Source of the DNA: Auanema rhodensis | Lineage: Eukaryota; Animalia; Nematoda | Length of the DNA: 64,000 nt | Direction: 5' to 3' | NCBI GenBank assembly: GCA_964057225.1 | Contig: OZ059894.1 | Coordinates: forward strand, 17,732,001 to 17,796,000 | Part shown: piece by piece, positions 11,967-25,556 of the stretch | Numbering within the stretch: position 1 is the stretch's first letter | Layout of the letters: each line of letters starts with the position of its first letter | Position numbers and translations under genes: made by a program | Notes under the pieces: generated by a model | Seen by the model: the letters and a program-made list of their open reading frames with translations, nothing else | Told to the model about the DNA's origin: nothing | Database searches by the model: none

Positions 11967-14907
11967 GCTGCAACAACAATCACGTAATACACAACTAGCA
12001 TGCAGCAAAAAAGTAGCACGAATTCAAAAATCAACGAAAAACAGGGAAATATGCAATGAGAAGTATAGTAAGAATAATAAAACAAATGTTAAAACTGCAT
12101 CATACATCAAAAGAATGATGTAACATGACACGATTTACTAGAGAATACCAAAACAACGACAAACATAAATTCAAATCAAATGTTTAGGGCACCCCTCGCC
12201 CAGTATACATCGTCTTTATATACTAACAAGGACAAAACCTGACAGTCCAGGTCTTAAGCTGAATGAGCGAGGCGGAACCCACGAGATTGGTCGGTCTATT
12301 GAAGTGAGAGAAACAATTAAGAAACGTCACGTATTGAGAGTAGGCTCTGACTACATGTTGTTAGTGAAACAGAGACCTTGTTCTCTGATCTGTCGGCATG
12401 AAGGAACATCGCCAGTATAAGATTGTGGCTTGCAATCATAGCGTTCACTTGGAGTAAAACATGTTTGAATAACATTACTACATATCAACTACAAATTATT
12501 TAAATAAAAGCATACATACTATAAAAAAGAGGATGTTCTGAGTGGGACTATAAAATACGTGAATATAAATTTCGACAACATGGGGAAATGGTGTGTAAAG
12601 AAACACAAGACTGAAAAAGTCTTCATATCAGACCACTATGACGGACCACATGATAACGTGTAATTCATCAGGTCAAAAGATTAGTTCGGAAGTGATGCAA
12701 TTGCACCTACAGCTTTGAATAATGTGAAGTATTGAAGAAATTCCTTTTAGAATTGAATAAGACTGTTGCGCGAAAAAAAAATTCATAGTGAAAAAAAAGG
12801 GTTGTTCAAAACGTTATATGTCGACAAATATACAAATGTTTTAATTGTTTAAAAAAAGTAATTTTTCTTTCAAAACAAAAAAAAAGAAGACAAAATTGTT
12901 GTATCAAACGAAGAAAAAACATACTAGCACCACTTTCGAGCACATGCAATTGCTTAGAAAATGACGCGACGCGGAGTTCACGTAGCGTCTTTTTCTATCG
13001 TGTCGCTCATTTTGAATGTCACGCCTGCATAGATTGGTTAGTTTCAAGCGCAGCTTCTGTTAATTAGATGGTTTGAATGGATAAATTGATTTCGTAAATA
13101 AGTAAGGAAGATGTATAAAAAGGAAAGCTTGATTTTAAAATTGAATTTAAAGAGAGAGAGCAAGCTTATAATTTTTAGTTCTAATTATCATTGTAGTTAT
13201 AGCTAATGTTTTTTTTGTTCATTATTAACTAGTCAAATAAATCAGCTCATTTATAATTGTTCATAATGGAATCTTGGAATATGTGTTTTGTTTTTTACTT
13301 TAAAGGTGTTCTTGATGTCTTGATAACTCGATTTTGTTTTTATTATCGTGGACAGAATTTTTAAAATCTTACTTGGTATACTATTGGTTTCCAATATTTC
13401 CCTATCCATTGGAACAAGCAATTGTTTCAGAGGCAGTTAGATGCAGAAGATCAATAATAGACGTCAGAGAAATGAGTTTAAATGAAGCCTCTTATGAAAA
13501 GATCTTTTTTCAGTATTTATCTGACATTCTCCGATGTCTAATTGGTCTGTATTCCATTTCCTCTCTGCCGTGCTAGTTTAGCTCATTGTGTGCTTCTGTT
13601 TTGTCAAAAATTAGTGACCATCTGGTTGCTTTTACCCCGAGCGCTCTCCTTATATAAGAAAGGGTTTTGTGGGAAAGGGAGGGGGTGTGTTGTTCCTGTT
13701 GTGCTCATCATCCCGACTATGTTTTGAATGAAAATGTTTCGAGTTTGTTCAAGTTCTCTCTGTTTCTATATTCGTTTTTTGAACGCTGAGAGTGTATCAA
13801 GGAAGGAAATGTTTCTCTAAATTCTTTTTTTCCAACCAAATGTGTAAACATATTTGCAGAGAGTTCTGTGCAAAAAAACTAGTGAAGAAAAACATATCAG
13901 TAAAGATTATTGTGAAACGTTGAATGAGGGAAACTTAAGAAAAATAATAACGATTAGTATTCCATGATACTTAGTCTTATATATGCTTTAAAAATGTTCA
14001 AGTATCCTGCGGCTGCATCTGCAGTCCAGTAATGGCGATCGATTTTCTGGTGACCGCGCCGCCGAGGGCAACCCTCTGTCATTGGCATTCTCGAATAGGG
14101 AATGGACACCAAAGCTGATGCTCAAGCAGTCTATTTAGCTTGCAAACCCAGAAACAATAACTTATTATTTATATTTTCATGTTGCTTTATTCTTCTTTAA
14201 GTTATTATAACTGGCTTTATCTTCCTCAATGAAATTTCCTTTACATGCGCTCTACGCCCGCATTATGGTTGTTTCTGGAATAAAATTGTGTTTACTCCCC
14301 CCTATTGTTGAAAATAGGTCTCCCCGGACTGCATTGATTATGTGAGTTCAGACCATGTATGACGGTAGGAACAACTGAGGCCGCTTTTCAAAAGGTTTCA
14401 AGGTAACCAAAGCTATTTTCACGCGAATATTAAACAAATTATTGTGTCCAATACGTTTTCTCATGAATTTTTTGACATACTCTACTCAATGAGTCAGCTG
14501 CTCAATACACCACGTCGCTTCCTTCTGTCAGCTGCTGACTTTCTTTCATAATAAAATTCAATAAACACTACAAGTACTAGCGAAGTTCATGTTGTCTCGT
14601 GACGGAGTAAATAACTATCCAGGAGGACTGTTAAAAATTTGAAAATTGCATTGTTGAACCTTACATCCTATCGACGTACTGCATTGATTATCTTCCTATT
14701 TAATTGAGCTCAATTTTTAAATCATTATTATTTTTCTGTTGTTTTTTTATCTACGTTTTTGCTCTTTTTTTTGTGGATTTTGTCATGATTAAGTCTGCTC
14801 TTTCCAGCCTTTTTGATTTGAAGTTAGGATTATTAACTCATTTGCTAAGGTAAGTAGAAAATTCGTTACGTTTTATTTTGTTTTTTAAGTTCTGAACTTG
14901 TATAGCA

Positions 14908-17900
14908 ATGGATTCTCCTTCCGATCTTTCACCTAATGCACCTCCTACAGGATTTGAAGACTCTACTGCCTTCTTTTCACATGTACAGGTATTCTATCCC
15001 TTTTTTAAACAACATCAATCAATTTCTTATTTGTTAAGGGCATCCCACCTGCAAATGATCAAAAATCAGCTGATGGATCTGTAGACTCCAGTGGCTATGA
15101 GAAAGTTAGTACAGTTTTTATGCAATAAGCATATTATTATATACTTGATCTCAAAATGAAATAATTCTTTTAAGGTTGATCATGATGTTCTAGAGGAATA
15201 TGGTAATCAATTTGCAAATCAAATGCAGCAATCCATCTTTGGACAATTACCTGAAGATCCTTTTGTAAGTTTATTCTTTTTTTATCAGTTTTTTTGCTTT
15301 TCAAGATATGACTAATGATTGTCATGAAGAGATTTGCTAACACGTAGTAAATTGTTCGTATTGTGCAAACACATTATGAAACTCGTACACGTTGTCCCAC
15401 TTCATGTTCGTTCCTCTATTGTTTTTCAAATTATAATGCTTTTTTTCAACTAACTTTTCGAGAGGCTTTTATTTGTTGATCAGTAAGTTTTTTTGATAGT
15501 TGCTCGCCTTCTGCCACGATTTTCATTCGAAAATTTCGCATTTATGTATTGAAAACAGCCTATCGATGTTTCGTCTTTCCTTTATGAGATCTGTTGCAAC
15601 TGCTCAAGTTACATATCGATCTGCCAGCTACCTACCTATATGCGGGCAGTATACAATAATGTTCCACGAGGTGTCTTTCCTCATATGTACATAAATCCTT
15701 AGGATTTTTATGATCATTTTCCCTTGCTCAAATATTATATAATCTTATTTTTAAATTTAATAGAGCGAACTTGATATAAAACCACGTATTATGTTCATAT
15801 TATTTCATTTTTGATGCTGTAACATTTTCTATAAATTCCCTTTTTATGCTAAAGAGACTGTGGGTGTTACTTAGTCATCGCTTTAACTTATAAATAAATG
15901 ATTTCATTCCTATCATTATATAACTTGATAGTTTGTTAGATTAGTCTTTTTAGTTTTTTCCCCTTTGGCTTTTTTCAAATTCTTTCATTTATTTGAGCTA
16001 AGCCACTAAGACAGCGTGTCATATTTTTTCATAATCATTTGAAAATTTTAGACAACTTTTAACAAATATCTACTCCCAACTTTTATATCTAACCTAATAC
16101 GCTATAATTTTTAGAAAAACGAAATGTCGGTTCCCGAAGAAGCTGGCAATACCGTGAAAATCGATGACGTCCCATTATCTACTGAGCGTGATGCAGCGGA
16201 CGAGCGTTCTGGTATGTACTTCCATCTGCTATTTCCCTCATCGCTTCATCTTATTGCTATAATTGCAACCAAATGTGGTCTTAATTTGGTCGAAACATTT
16301 CGAAATGAGAATTATTCGAAGTATTAGAGGAAATTTTAGAAATATTGTTCATAGCCATTTTAATGCAAAAGAAAAGACATGTGAGATATAAAGATATAAA
16401 AAGTTTGCACTAAGCAACATTTTGAAAACTAATAAAAACTATTGGTTCAGCATAGAAAACTTTTGACTTTATCTGTTTCATGCTTAATCCATTCCTTTTC
16501 CAAAAATTTGTTGTTTATATAGAAATTTATTTTTTCTTTATATTTCAGTACATACTGATTCATTACCATTTGAACACAACGATGTTGATGATTTGGTAAG
16601 ATTTAGTTTTCTTTATATTATTTTTTCATGAATATTTCATTTTAGCGTTCTGGGCTTGAAGAATCATCTCAAGCCCTTGTAAAAGAAGCCGTTAAGAAAG
16701 CTGAGGCTGTTCTCACTGATGGTAAGTTTATGCTTTAGTGCTTTGGCATGAAATATTCACATTCCCAGATCTCTTGGGATCTGAGCAATTTGTTCCCGAA
16801 CCACCATCTCATGCTGCTGAACTTATACCTACGCTAAATTCTACTGAAATCAGCTCTCACGACGTATGATGGCTAACAGTTCTTTTGTACAAAATTTCAT
16901 ATATAGGTAGATGATCTTGTTCAATTCCAAGAAAGTGATCAATTCCCTGATATTGTTTCGAATTTGAGCTCTAAACCAGCTAATGATGGTAAGCTGTTTC
17001 ATTTTAATCTAGACCAATATAGTTCAAACAGATCACCATCATGTTGACGTTCCATCTCTCGATGATGAGCCGCACTTTGATAGTCAAACTCCTGAGGAAG
17101 TACCCTATGAGCGTTCCGGCCCACTGACCATTCCGGAACTTTCTGAGGTTAGACAATAATTAAATCTCATTGTTATGCTCTAATTCTAGAAGCTTGAATC
17201 TCTTATCGAGCCAATTAACGATGTTCCTATTCCTGAGCCAGTTAATGAACCGTGAGTATCCTTGCATATTTAATAGAATTTGGCATTGTCGTGCTAAAAA
17301 TCATTCAATTAAGAAAATATCTAAACGAATTTCAGAACGCATGATCACAGTTTCCGAATTCCAACTCCACCTCGTGTGCACATTGATACGGAACAACCAA
17401 GCTTGAACTTCCATTCTCCACCCTCACCTCCCACTCCTGAGCCAAGTATCCTGTTTAAGCTTTGCGTTTCAAATTCTTTAAAATTTTAAAGTTATCCAAC
17501 ACCGTTCTGCTGCTCCTGTTGCTCCTGCTGCTCCTCCTGCTCCTCCTGTTAGAACTTTTACTAAATCAAATGGAGATGCATGGTTCGATTTCAAGTCCAT
17601 TGATCCTAAAGGTTTGTTCGTATCTATTGCGTGGACTTTTGCACTAGGAATTAGTAGTCTGCAGTACAGACAAAGAGTAACAACAACTAGCTTGAAAGGA
17701 CTAATGCTTATTGGTCCCTGCCCTTTAGCCTTGGCTTGTTGCCAGCTGTCGATATCTAGGGCCACAAATAGTCCTCTGGTCACATGAGCCGCATAGGCTC
17801 CGTTTATGCTAATCAGGGTGGTGCGTGAGCACAACATGGACGTATTGTCTCTACTAGAAGAGAAAATGTGATCGATACGAGAATGGGTGGATTGGTTGGT

Positions 17901-20900
17901 CATGCAGTTGAGGGGGAAAGAGTCATCCGGCTGGACCTCCAACGGCTTAAGCCTTAATATAGAATGTGGCCGGGAGAACCAGCATGCCATTTATAGCTAG
18001 CTAACTGCTGGTTTCATCTCCCTCTCTTCCACAAAAATAAGGAACACACCCATTTTTCTGTTTCTTACATTTTTATATACATTGTTATTGCTGAATTAGC
18101 ATGCGAAAGTTGCACGGCTTTGTAAATATTTCCTACAAACAGCTTGTATTTAGTATTCTAATCTGATTTTTAAATATCTATCCTTCAGTGCTTTTGGTTT
18201 TCTCTTAGTTTAACCTATATTGAAGATACTCTAATTGGAGTGGCACAAATTGAACTACGCCAGCAGTTAATTTTGTTGTCCAAGATCGAATTTGGCTGAA
18301 TTCGAAGGGGGGGCTGTGTGCCAACGCCGGCTTCATGTCTTCGATTTTTCTATTCGACTGCCAAGCGTTTCGACATGTGACCACTTATAATGTTGTTCTC
18401 TCTATATGTATGCTGAAGTTTTGTCATCTTCAATTTCTGCTCAGTTGTCGCCATATTCCAAGACAATGGTTGGAGCTATTTCTAAATTCGTATTTTTTGC
18501 TCAACCTTTTTTCGCGCGTCTGCTGTTAGTTATTTCATATGTTCGGACCTATCTCTGTGTGTATTAGAGTATAACTAACACATTGCCTTTTGTGTCAAAA
18601 CCTGCTTAGCCAGCCTCCAAAACGAATTTCCAACTTGACAATTACTGTGCGCACTCAGTAATATGTGTTTCTGCAATATGCCGTTGCCGCCAAGAGGATA
18701 TTTTGCAGAGGACATTTAAATTTTGCCGGACATGCCCCTGTCTACTTTCCTTGTATCTAATGTAAGAGTATCGAATACAATTCCGTTCAAAATTTTCGTA
18801 TTTCTTCAAAACATTGATTGACGTCTTGCGCTTTATTTCATTTGTTCCGTTTTCCTCTCCGTCATGTTATAAGTGATTTTTCAATCTGTTATCTCGTTCT
18901 CGCCGAGAAAACTATCAAATGATTCAGATATTGTAAAACGTCATGAGTAAGGCTGGCGCTGTAGGACGTGGGCTTTATACGGTCTTGGCCTTTTTAGTAC
19001 AATCGGTTTTCCGAGTTGGGTTAAATGTTTCATTGGTGGCCTCGGTTTGTATGACTATTTATGCTGTTGGTTGCTTTTCTAAAGAAGCAATTAAACAACG
19101 AAAAGAAGGTTAGTTTTTTGGAATATGGTATATCGGTTTCGTTTGGTGGCATAAGCGCAAAATTCATCTGACTATTGCTCATTTGGTAATTATCGCTGTG
19201 TAATTGGCTGCGAAGAGCATATGGGCTCTGTGTCGTATTGTAGCATAGAGTCCTTTAATAAATATATATATAAATATATATATCCCTCTGTAAGTGAAAT
19301 ATATGATAAACAAGAAAAAAAACCGGGAAGTGTGCTTCTGATTTTTTCCATTTTCCTTTAGTTTAATATAAAACATTTACATTCTCCCCAATTTTTTTCC
19401 TCTCTATTTGTCGTTTATGTGCAGAAGCAATCTACTTTTACAAATTAATAATAAGTATTGTATGAATAAAAGTGAACTAGTATACTTTTGAACCAAAAAC
19501 AAGCAGATAAGGCATCAGTTTGCTTTTCCATGAATATTTTGCTTACAGTCGGAAACCGTATTTAGTAAATACTTGTGTTACTGATAAAAAATGACATGAA
19601 TCGCTAGCCGCGTTGGAACTAACACTGAACTGCAAAGGCAGTAGTGGTCAGAGCTAGGTCACATTTGGTTTGTTGGAGATAAAATAGCGCTGGGAAAGAT
19701 GGAGACGCAGGCGACGTACAGCGTACGATGAAGAGATACAGAAGACATTTGTTTTCATTGTCGTCGTCACTGTCTATAGACATGAAGAGTCTCCCTCTTT
19801 TTCGCTCTCTTTCTTTACCTCTCGCTATCTTTATTTATCTCTCTCTATCTCTCTTAGTTGATCAACGATAGGGACGCAGTGTGGGCTGTATGTGAGTTTC
19901 GTTGGATAACCAACCATTCTTTACGAACCTTTGCGTCTCGTCGTCGTCAGCTCGTTGCTCCCGTAGTCTTCTGATCGGATCCCTATTCCTAAATAATGGC
20001 CCAGCCCAAGTTCAGAAAGGTTGTCAAGACTTATGAACCAGCTAAGGACTTCCCTGGAAAAGGTAGTAACCGATTTATCTTTCTCATTGTATTGCATTGC
20101 CGCAAAGTATTTCATTAATCTTAGACACTGCTCTCTTTTTTTTCCTGAAAAAATTGACTTTATGAGAAATATGTTTATTGAGTACTTGCTAGTTCATTTG
20201 GTGTATGTTCGTTTTACTAAAGATAAAGGAAAAGCTAAGTATACAAAAATGAAGGTATAGGACTAAACGTTTATTTGATTTGGAGCTTCGTTGACCGTTA
20301 CTTGGGTAGTACTAGTCTTCAATCGGCACTTGTACTTGCCATATATATATACATTAGCTGGTATTGTTGGCTTCTCTTTTTGACTTCTATCTCTCATTGT
20401 CGTATTAAAAGAACTATATAAGCAGGAAATGGGCGATTGAGTGAATGACCGATGGTGACCGGGGTAAAGGGGGAAATTGGAAATCTTTGTGGCTTTTGTG
20501 ATTTTCGACATGCATTTATGATTCGTATATTTAGTTCTCGAGCTGATCTACTGGAGAGACCCTAAGAAGAGCGCCGTAGCCTTGTCCCTTGTTCTTATCG
20601 CTATCTTTGTCCTCGGAAAGTAAGTTATATAGTTATAATATAATTGGATGGATAGTAATACTTTCAATACAGATACCCTATCCTTTCTGTTATTTCCTAC
20701 ACTGGATTGGCTGTTCTATCTGCCACCTTGGGATTCCGTGTGTTCAAGGCTGTCGAGGCTCAAATTAAGAAAACTGGAGGAGAAAACCCATTCCAGTATG
20801 ATTTTATAAGAACGATAAACTAGCAAAATTGAAACTTTAGGGAGTATCTTGCTAAGGATCTCACCCTTCCCCAAGAACGTGTTCATGCTCAAGTTGATGT

Positions 20901-21349
20901 TCTCGTAGAGCATGCTTCTTGCCTTGCTAATCAAGCCAAGAAAGTCGTCTTTGTTGAGAGCATTGTTGATAGCGTAAAGGTAAGCATTAATCTTCCTAAT
21001 CTGTGCACATCAGTGATTTTTCAGTTCGGACTTCTCCTCTGGTCTCTTACATACATCGCTTCATGGTTCTCCGGATTCGCTCTTGTTGTACTTGGTTAGT
21101 TAAAACTAATTGAAAATTAAATAATTCTTGTCTTAAGCCGTACTTGGAGTCTTCTCCGTCCCAATCTTCTATGAGACATACAAGGAGCCCATTGATGCTC
21201 AGCTCGCCGTGATCTCTGGACACATTAACAATGTTTCACAATTGTAGGTTTTTAATCAGAATATGAATCATATGGATATACTTTCCAGATTGGAAGAGAA
21301 GCTTCCTTTCCTTAAGAAGGCTGAGGTCGCAGCTAAGAAGGATGAATAA
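14908..21349 (+). CDS. ret-1: Reticulon, long isoform: acidic/Pro-rich N-terminus plus reticulon homology domain
   Basis: RHD exons VLELIYWRDPKKSAVALS..., GFRVFKAVEAQIKKTGGENPF, FGLLLWSLTYIASWFSG and FSVPIFYETYKEPIDAQL; C-terminal KKDE ER-retrieval motif. Confidence 0.93.
18943..19108 (+). CDS. ret-1: ret-1 alternative first exon A (hydrophobic 55-aa N-terminus)
   Basis: ATG-led exon MSKAGAVGRGLYTVLAFLVQSVFRVGLNVSLVASVCMTIYAVGCFSKEAIKQRKE; phase-1 donor G|GTTAG matches the RHD exon at 20535. Confidence 0.7.
19996..20062 (+). CDS. ret-1: ret-1 alternative first exon B (short isoform, MAQPKFRKVVKTYEPAKDFPGK)
   Basis: Phase-1 donor AG|GTAGT in frame with the RHD; C/G-ending codon usage like the RHD exons. 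Confidence 0.75.
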
Positions 21350-23439
21350 ACTAATCATTTTATCGTAGAATATTTACCGCTATTTCGCATTGAAAATCAT
21401 TGAAGTGCTCCGCTTTTTGTTAAAACTTGATATAGTCATTCAATCTTATCGATTCTAGCTTAACTGTTTCGGCCACATGGTTTTAAAATTGCTAAATTTT
21501 CTATGCAGCTTTTGAACGTTTTCTAATAAAATTCGACAGAATCTGCCTGCATAACATCTTTCTAACGATGCAAGATATTATACCAGCATTTGTTGCTGAT
21601 TTTAATTCCATGCATCTAGTCAAGGCACTGTTCGTGTCCTACCAAGTAGGGTTTTTGCCTTAAGAGGTTGGCCAGTTAAGCTTGTTCTTAAAACTCTTGG
21701 AAAGTTTTTGTCAATCTTACCGAATTTTGTCTGAGTAACTAACTGCCTCTACATATTATTGTGTTTGCAATTGTTTTCATTTTTGTATTCGCATTAAACA
21801 TTTTCTCTCAAATAGCTAGATCAAATCACGTAAAAATCAAGGAAAAGCTTTCAATCTTATATAAAACAATGATAATAATTGTTTAGCAACTGATCAGTTT
21901 TCTAAGGGTCAAAGTTTTCAAAAAGTTTTTAGCACCCAACATATAGTTTTCTAATTGAATTTTTTGAGATGCTATCTCTTGTTATTAAGAAGATTTCTAA
22001 TCTTTTTTTTTCTTCGAAGGAACTTCATTGCCCTCTATTAAACTTATATATAGTGGGCAAGGTCGTTGCCGCTAAGGATAGGTGACCATTCTATTGATTC
22101 GATCAATTTCTAACTTATCCTCTTAAGAATGTCTTTCTTATTTCCAAAGTTCAATTATTTTCAAAGGAACTGGATATGACGAACATCTACGTGATAGGAA
22201 TTGAAATTTGGTGATTTATTACAATACATACAAGTAGTTTTCTCAGATATATCTTAATATTAAAGATAAAATATTAATAAAACTTAAAGAAGATTAAACT
22301 ATTTAAGGAATAATTAGAAATTTAATCGACAAAAGTCTGATGTCACCATGTGTTGAGTAGTATTATAATCGGATAGGCTTCCGCCACATATACATATACA
22401 CACTTGATCTATTCTTGCTTCATCCATAACAATCCGTAATAGAATATCTTATCTTTATCATCCTCTTTTTTTTGTCTAACAGCTTTGTTCTTCTTTGTAA
22501 TATTTTCCTCATCTTATTTTACCTTTTAGGCCAAAAATCCATATAAATGTATATAGTATATATGTAAATATTCGAATTATATACATATATGTGTATTCTG
22601 TATTTCTATCAATACATAGTAATACTATTAGTTTTTTTCAATTTTCTCTCTATCTTCCATTTAAAGTCGAGAAAAAATTAGAAAGGAATTGTTTTCATCC
22701 TTTTTCCCCCTTTCTAGTCTTCTAAACTTCCTATTTCTTCATTTTTTGGCTTTTTGTTTAGCCTCTAACTCGAACTACACACTTTGATTTTTTGGAATTC
22801 TATCTGTCCTACAGTTTGATAAAAACATAATAAAGTAAAAAAAAAGTACATCAATTAATTCTTTTTATTCATTTACTTAGTTTACTCTAATTCCGTGTTT
22901 TTGAGTTAAAATATTGTCTTTTTTTTCCACAATCGTACCTTTTAACTTATCTATGGTTTTATCAACTTTGAATAATTATTTTTGAAATATAACAATAATG
23001 GTTTATATGACGTTTATATATCCTAATTATTGAATATGTTGTTTTGTCTCATTAAATTGAAGACAAGGCACAACTTTCTTTAGAGCTGAAAACATTACAA
23101 CCAATCTACCGTACACAATCACCTAACTTCATCAGAATTTCATGTTTTCACTGTTTTTATCAACTTTTTTTGGTTGTATAAGTAACATTTTTGCAAAAAA
23201 CTATTGAGATTTCTTTAATGAAACATTTTTTTTCATATTTCTGATTATATTTTTAGATTGAAATATCTAAATATTATCATTCGAAAAAGAGTGTTGTTTA
23301 TCATTTTGTTTACATCAGATTTTATCTTTGTATAATGGAGATTCATTTCCTTCCGTGTCTACCTTCTATTCGTATCGTTTTTCTATTTATTTCTTCATTC
23401 TCTTTACATTTTTTTTGAGAATACAGTTTGATTGCAACT

Positions 23440-25507
23440 ATGGATTCAATACTTGATATGACTAATACAACTGCACCAACAGTTACGGTATGTTTCATAC
23501 ATCATTTAATTTTGTTTTGTTAAAATACTCGTAAACTATATAACATCAAGATGAAAATATTATACTTTAAAATTAAAATGTCCTTTATATCAAGAGAGAA
23601 TGAGAAAGATTGGAGAGAAAGAGGTTTCAAGGAACAGAGTTTACCTTTATTATTCATAAACACGTGAATTTCACATAATTTACATATTTTATTTTCCACA
23701 TTTTTTCAGTAATAAACGGTTGTGTCAAAATGTATTTTTAATCTTAAATTTATTTTTTATGAAGTATTACAATCTTAACTCATTTTTTGTTACTTTTCAA
23801 TATTTTTTTAAGGCTTATAGCTTTTAGATTTAAAGTAAATTGGGAGTCATTTTAAAATTATTATTATGTTCTTTGATTTAAGAAATAATATAACACATAA
23901 TATTATTACTTTTGATTATATACATGCATACTAACGTGTTGAATGTTATGACGAAAGATGATCATTGAGCTATTCTCCCCTGTCTTAGTCTCTTACCTTT
24001 TAGATTTTCCAGCTCATTTCCCTGATTTCTTTCCGCCCAATCAACTAATACATTGAGAGTTTTCCAACATTTTAATAAACTTAAAAGTTTTTTGAGAGAA
24101 ATGAATACATCATTTTATCTATATCCATTTACAAATATATATAATGTAATTGATTTTCTTATTTTACATCCAAATGTCTTCAAAATTAATTAAAACAAAA
24201 TTAGATTTTTCATCTCTATTATATTCTTATAGCTTTCTCCAGCCTTATTTATGTTTGATATGTTCAGTAAATTGACATATTATATTCAAAAGCCTATTCA
24301 TTAGATCTAATATATGACATAATCTGTATAAAATATATGATTGGAAGGTTAGAATAGAGATTATATCTTATATGCAACTATAAACAAAAAGAATCGTTAA
24401 TGAACAATGATGACTAATAATTCAGCTTTTCTGTATCGCTGTAACCTGTTCTCTTCTGCTTCTCAATCCGTTTGCACCATCCGTTCGTTTTGTCCGTTCG
24501 AGAATAACCATGACAACCTCGTGAGAAAAGGATTAACGCGAACATGAGTAGGGAATCTGCTGGAAGCTTTTTACTTCCAAATCCTTTCTATTGCCCTCTC
24601 TCTCTATCTCTCTCTTTCTCTCTCCCTCTCTCTCTCTCTCTTTCTCTCTTTCTCTCTCTCTCTCTTCTGTTTTCACGCTCACTCTGACTCTCTTATTATC
24701 TCATCATTGTGTAGGTAAATATTATATTCTTGACCGTATATGGATAACAAATGCTTCACATTGGAAAATAACTAGTTAAGGGACTGAGGGGTTTACTATT
24801 CTAAAATTTGATATAAACATGCAACACTACAATTCGTCAGAATAAGTCAAGAAAAAAGGTTGTTATGTGGAAAAATATTAAAAAAAAATCAAAAATTGAA
24901 TTAGAGATTTGAAAATTAACAACTTTCTTTTATAATATTGAAAATTTAATAATATATATAGATATGTATAGATATTCAAAAAATGTTATTTACTATAACT
25001 TAATAGAAAATGAATTTAACGTTTGTATTGTGATTCAACCTTCACAATGCTTTGAGCATTTCAAAGATGTTGAGCAAAGCAAATGAGATATGAGCTTAAA
25101 CTTACTCAGTATTATATTTCCAGTAAGTTGAGAGGCTAATGCGTTTGAAACGTATTTATTGGAATTACTAATGAAGGCAAAGTCATTACAACAGATCAAA
25201 TGGTTTTTAGAATTATTCTGAAGAAATGCTGAAACAGCCTTTGATCTATGTATATGGATGTATAAATGAGAAGAGAAAATGTTTGAATAGAATGAAGCTG
25301 GTTGCTGGTAGATGTCATTTGTACTTTGACACGAACCTCTTCGCAACACGAAAAAAATTAAATAAGAGTCTAAAGAATTATATGATGAAACATTGAATTA
25401 TGGTAAAATTACTACAATAGGAGTAAAAAATAATTATGAGTTTACATTTACATTATATTCAAATCTAGGTTTATAAGGAAGTCTATATGGGAAATCGAGA
25501 GAATATA

Positions 25508-25556
<49 letters not shown>

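Noticed and set aside
14007-14129. HDV-like or hammerhead ribozyme (GGGCAAC and GAATGGAC resemble HDV words)
   Set aside because: P1, P3/L3 and P1.1 cannot be built in the required order, and there is no CUGANGA...GAAA core.
17478-17990. 170-aa minus-strand ORF
   Set aside because: Antisense to a ret-1 Pro/Ala exon and its intron; no domain; best explained by locally higher GC.
25035-25349. 104-aa minus-strand ORF, possible TE remnant between the microsatellites
   Set aside because: No transposase or other motif recognised in any frame.
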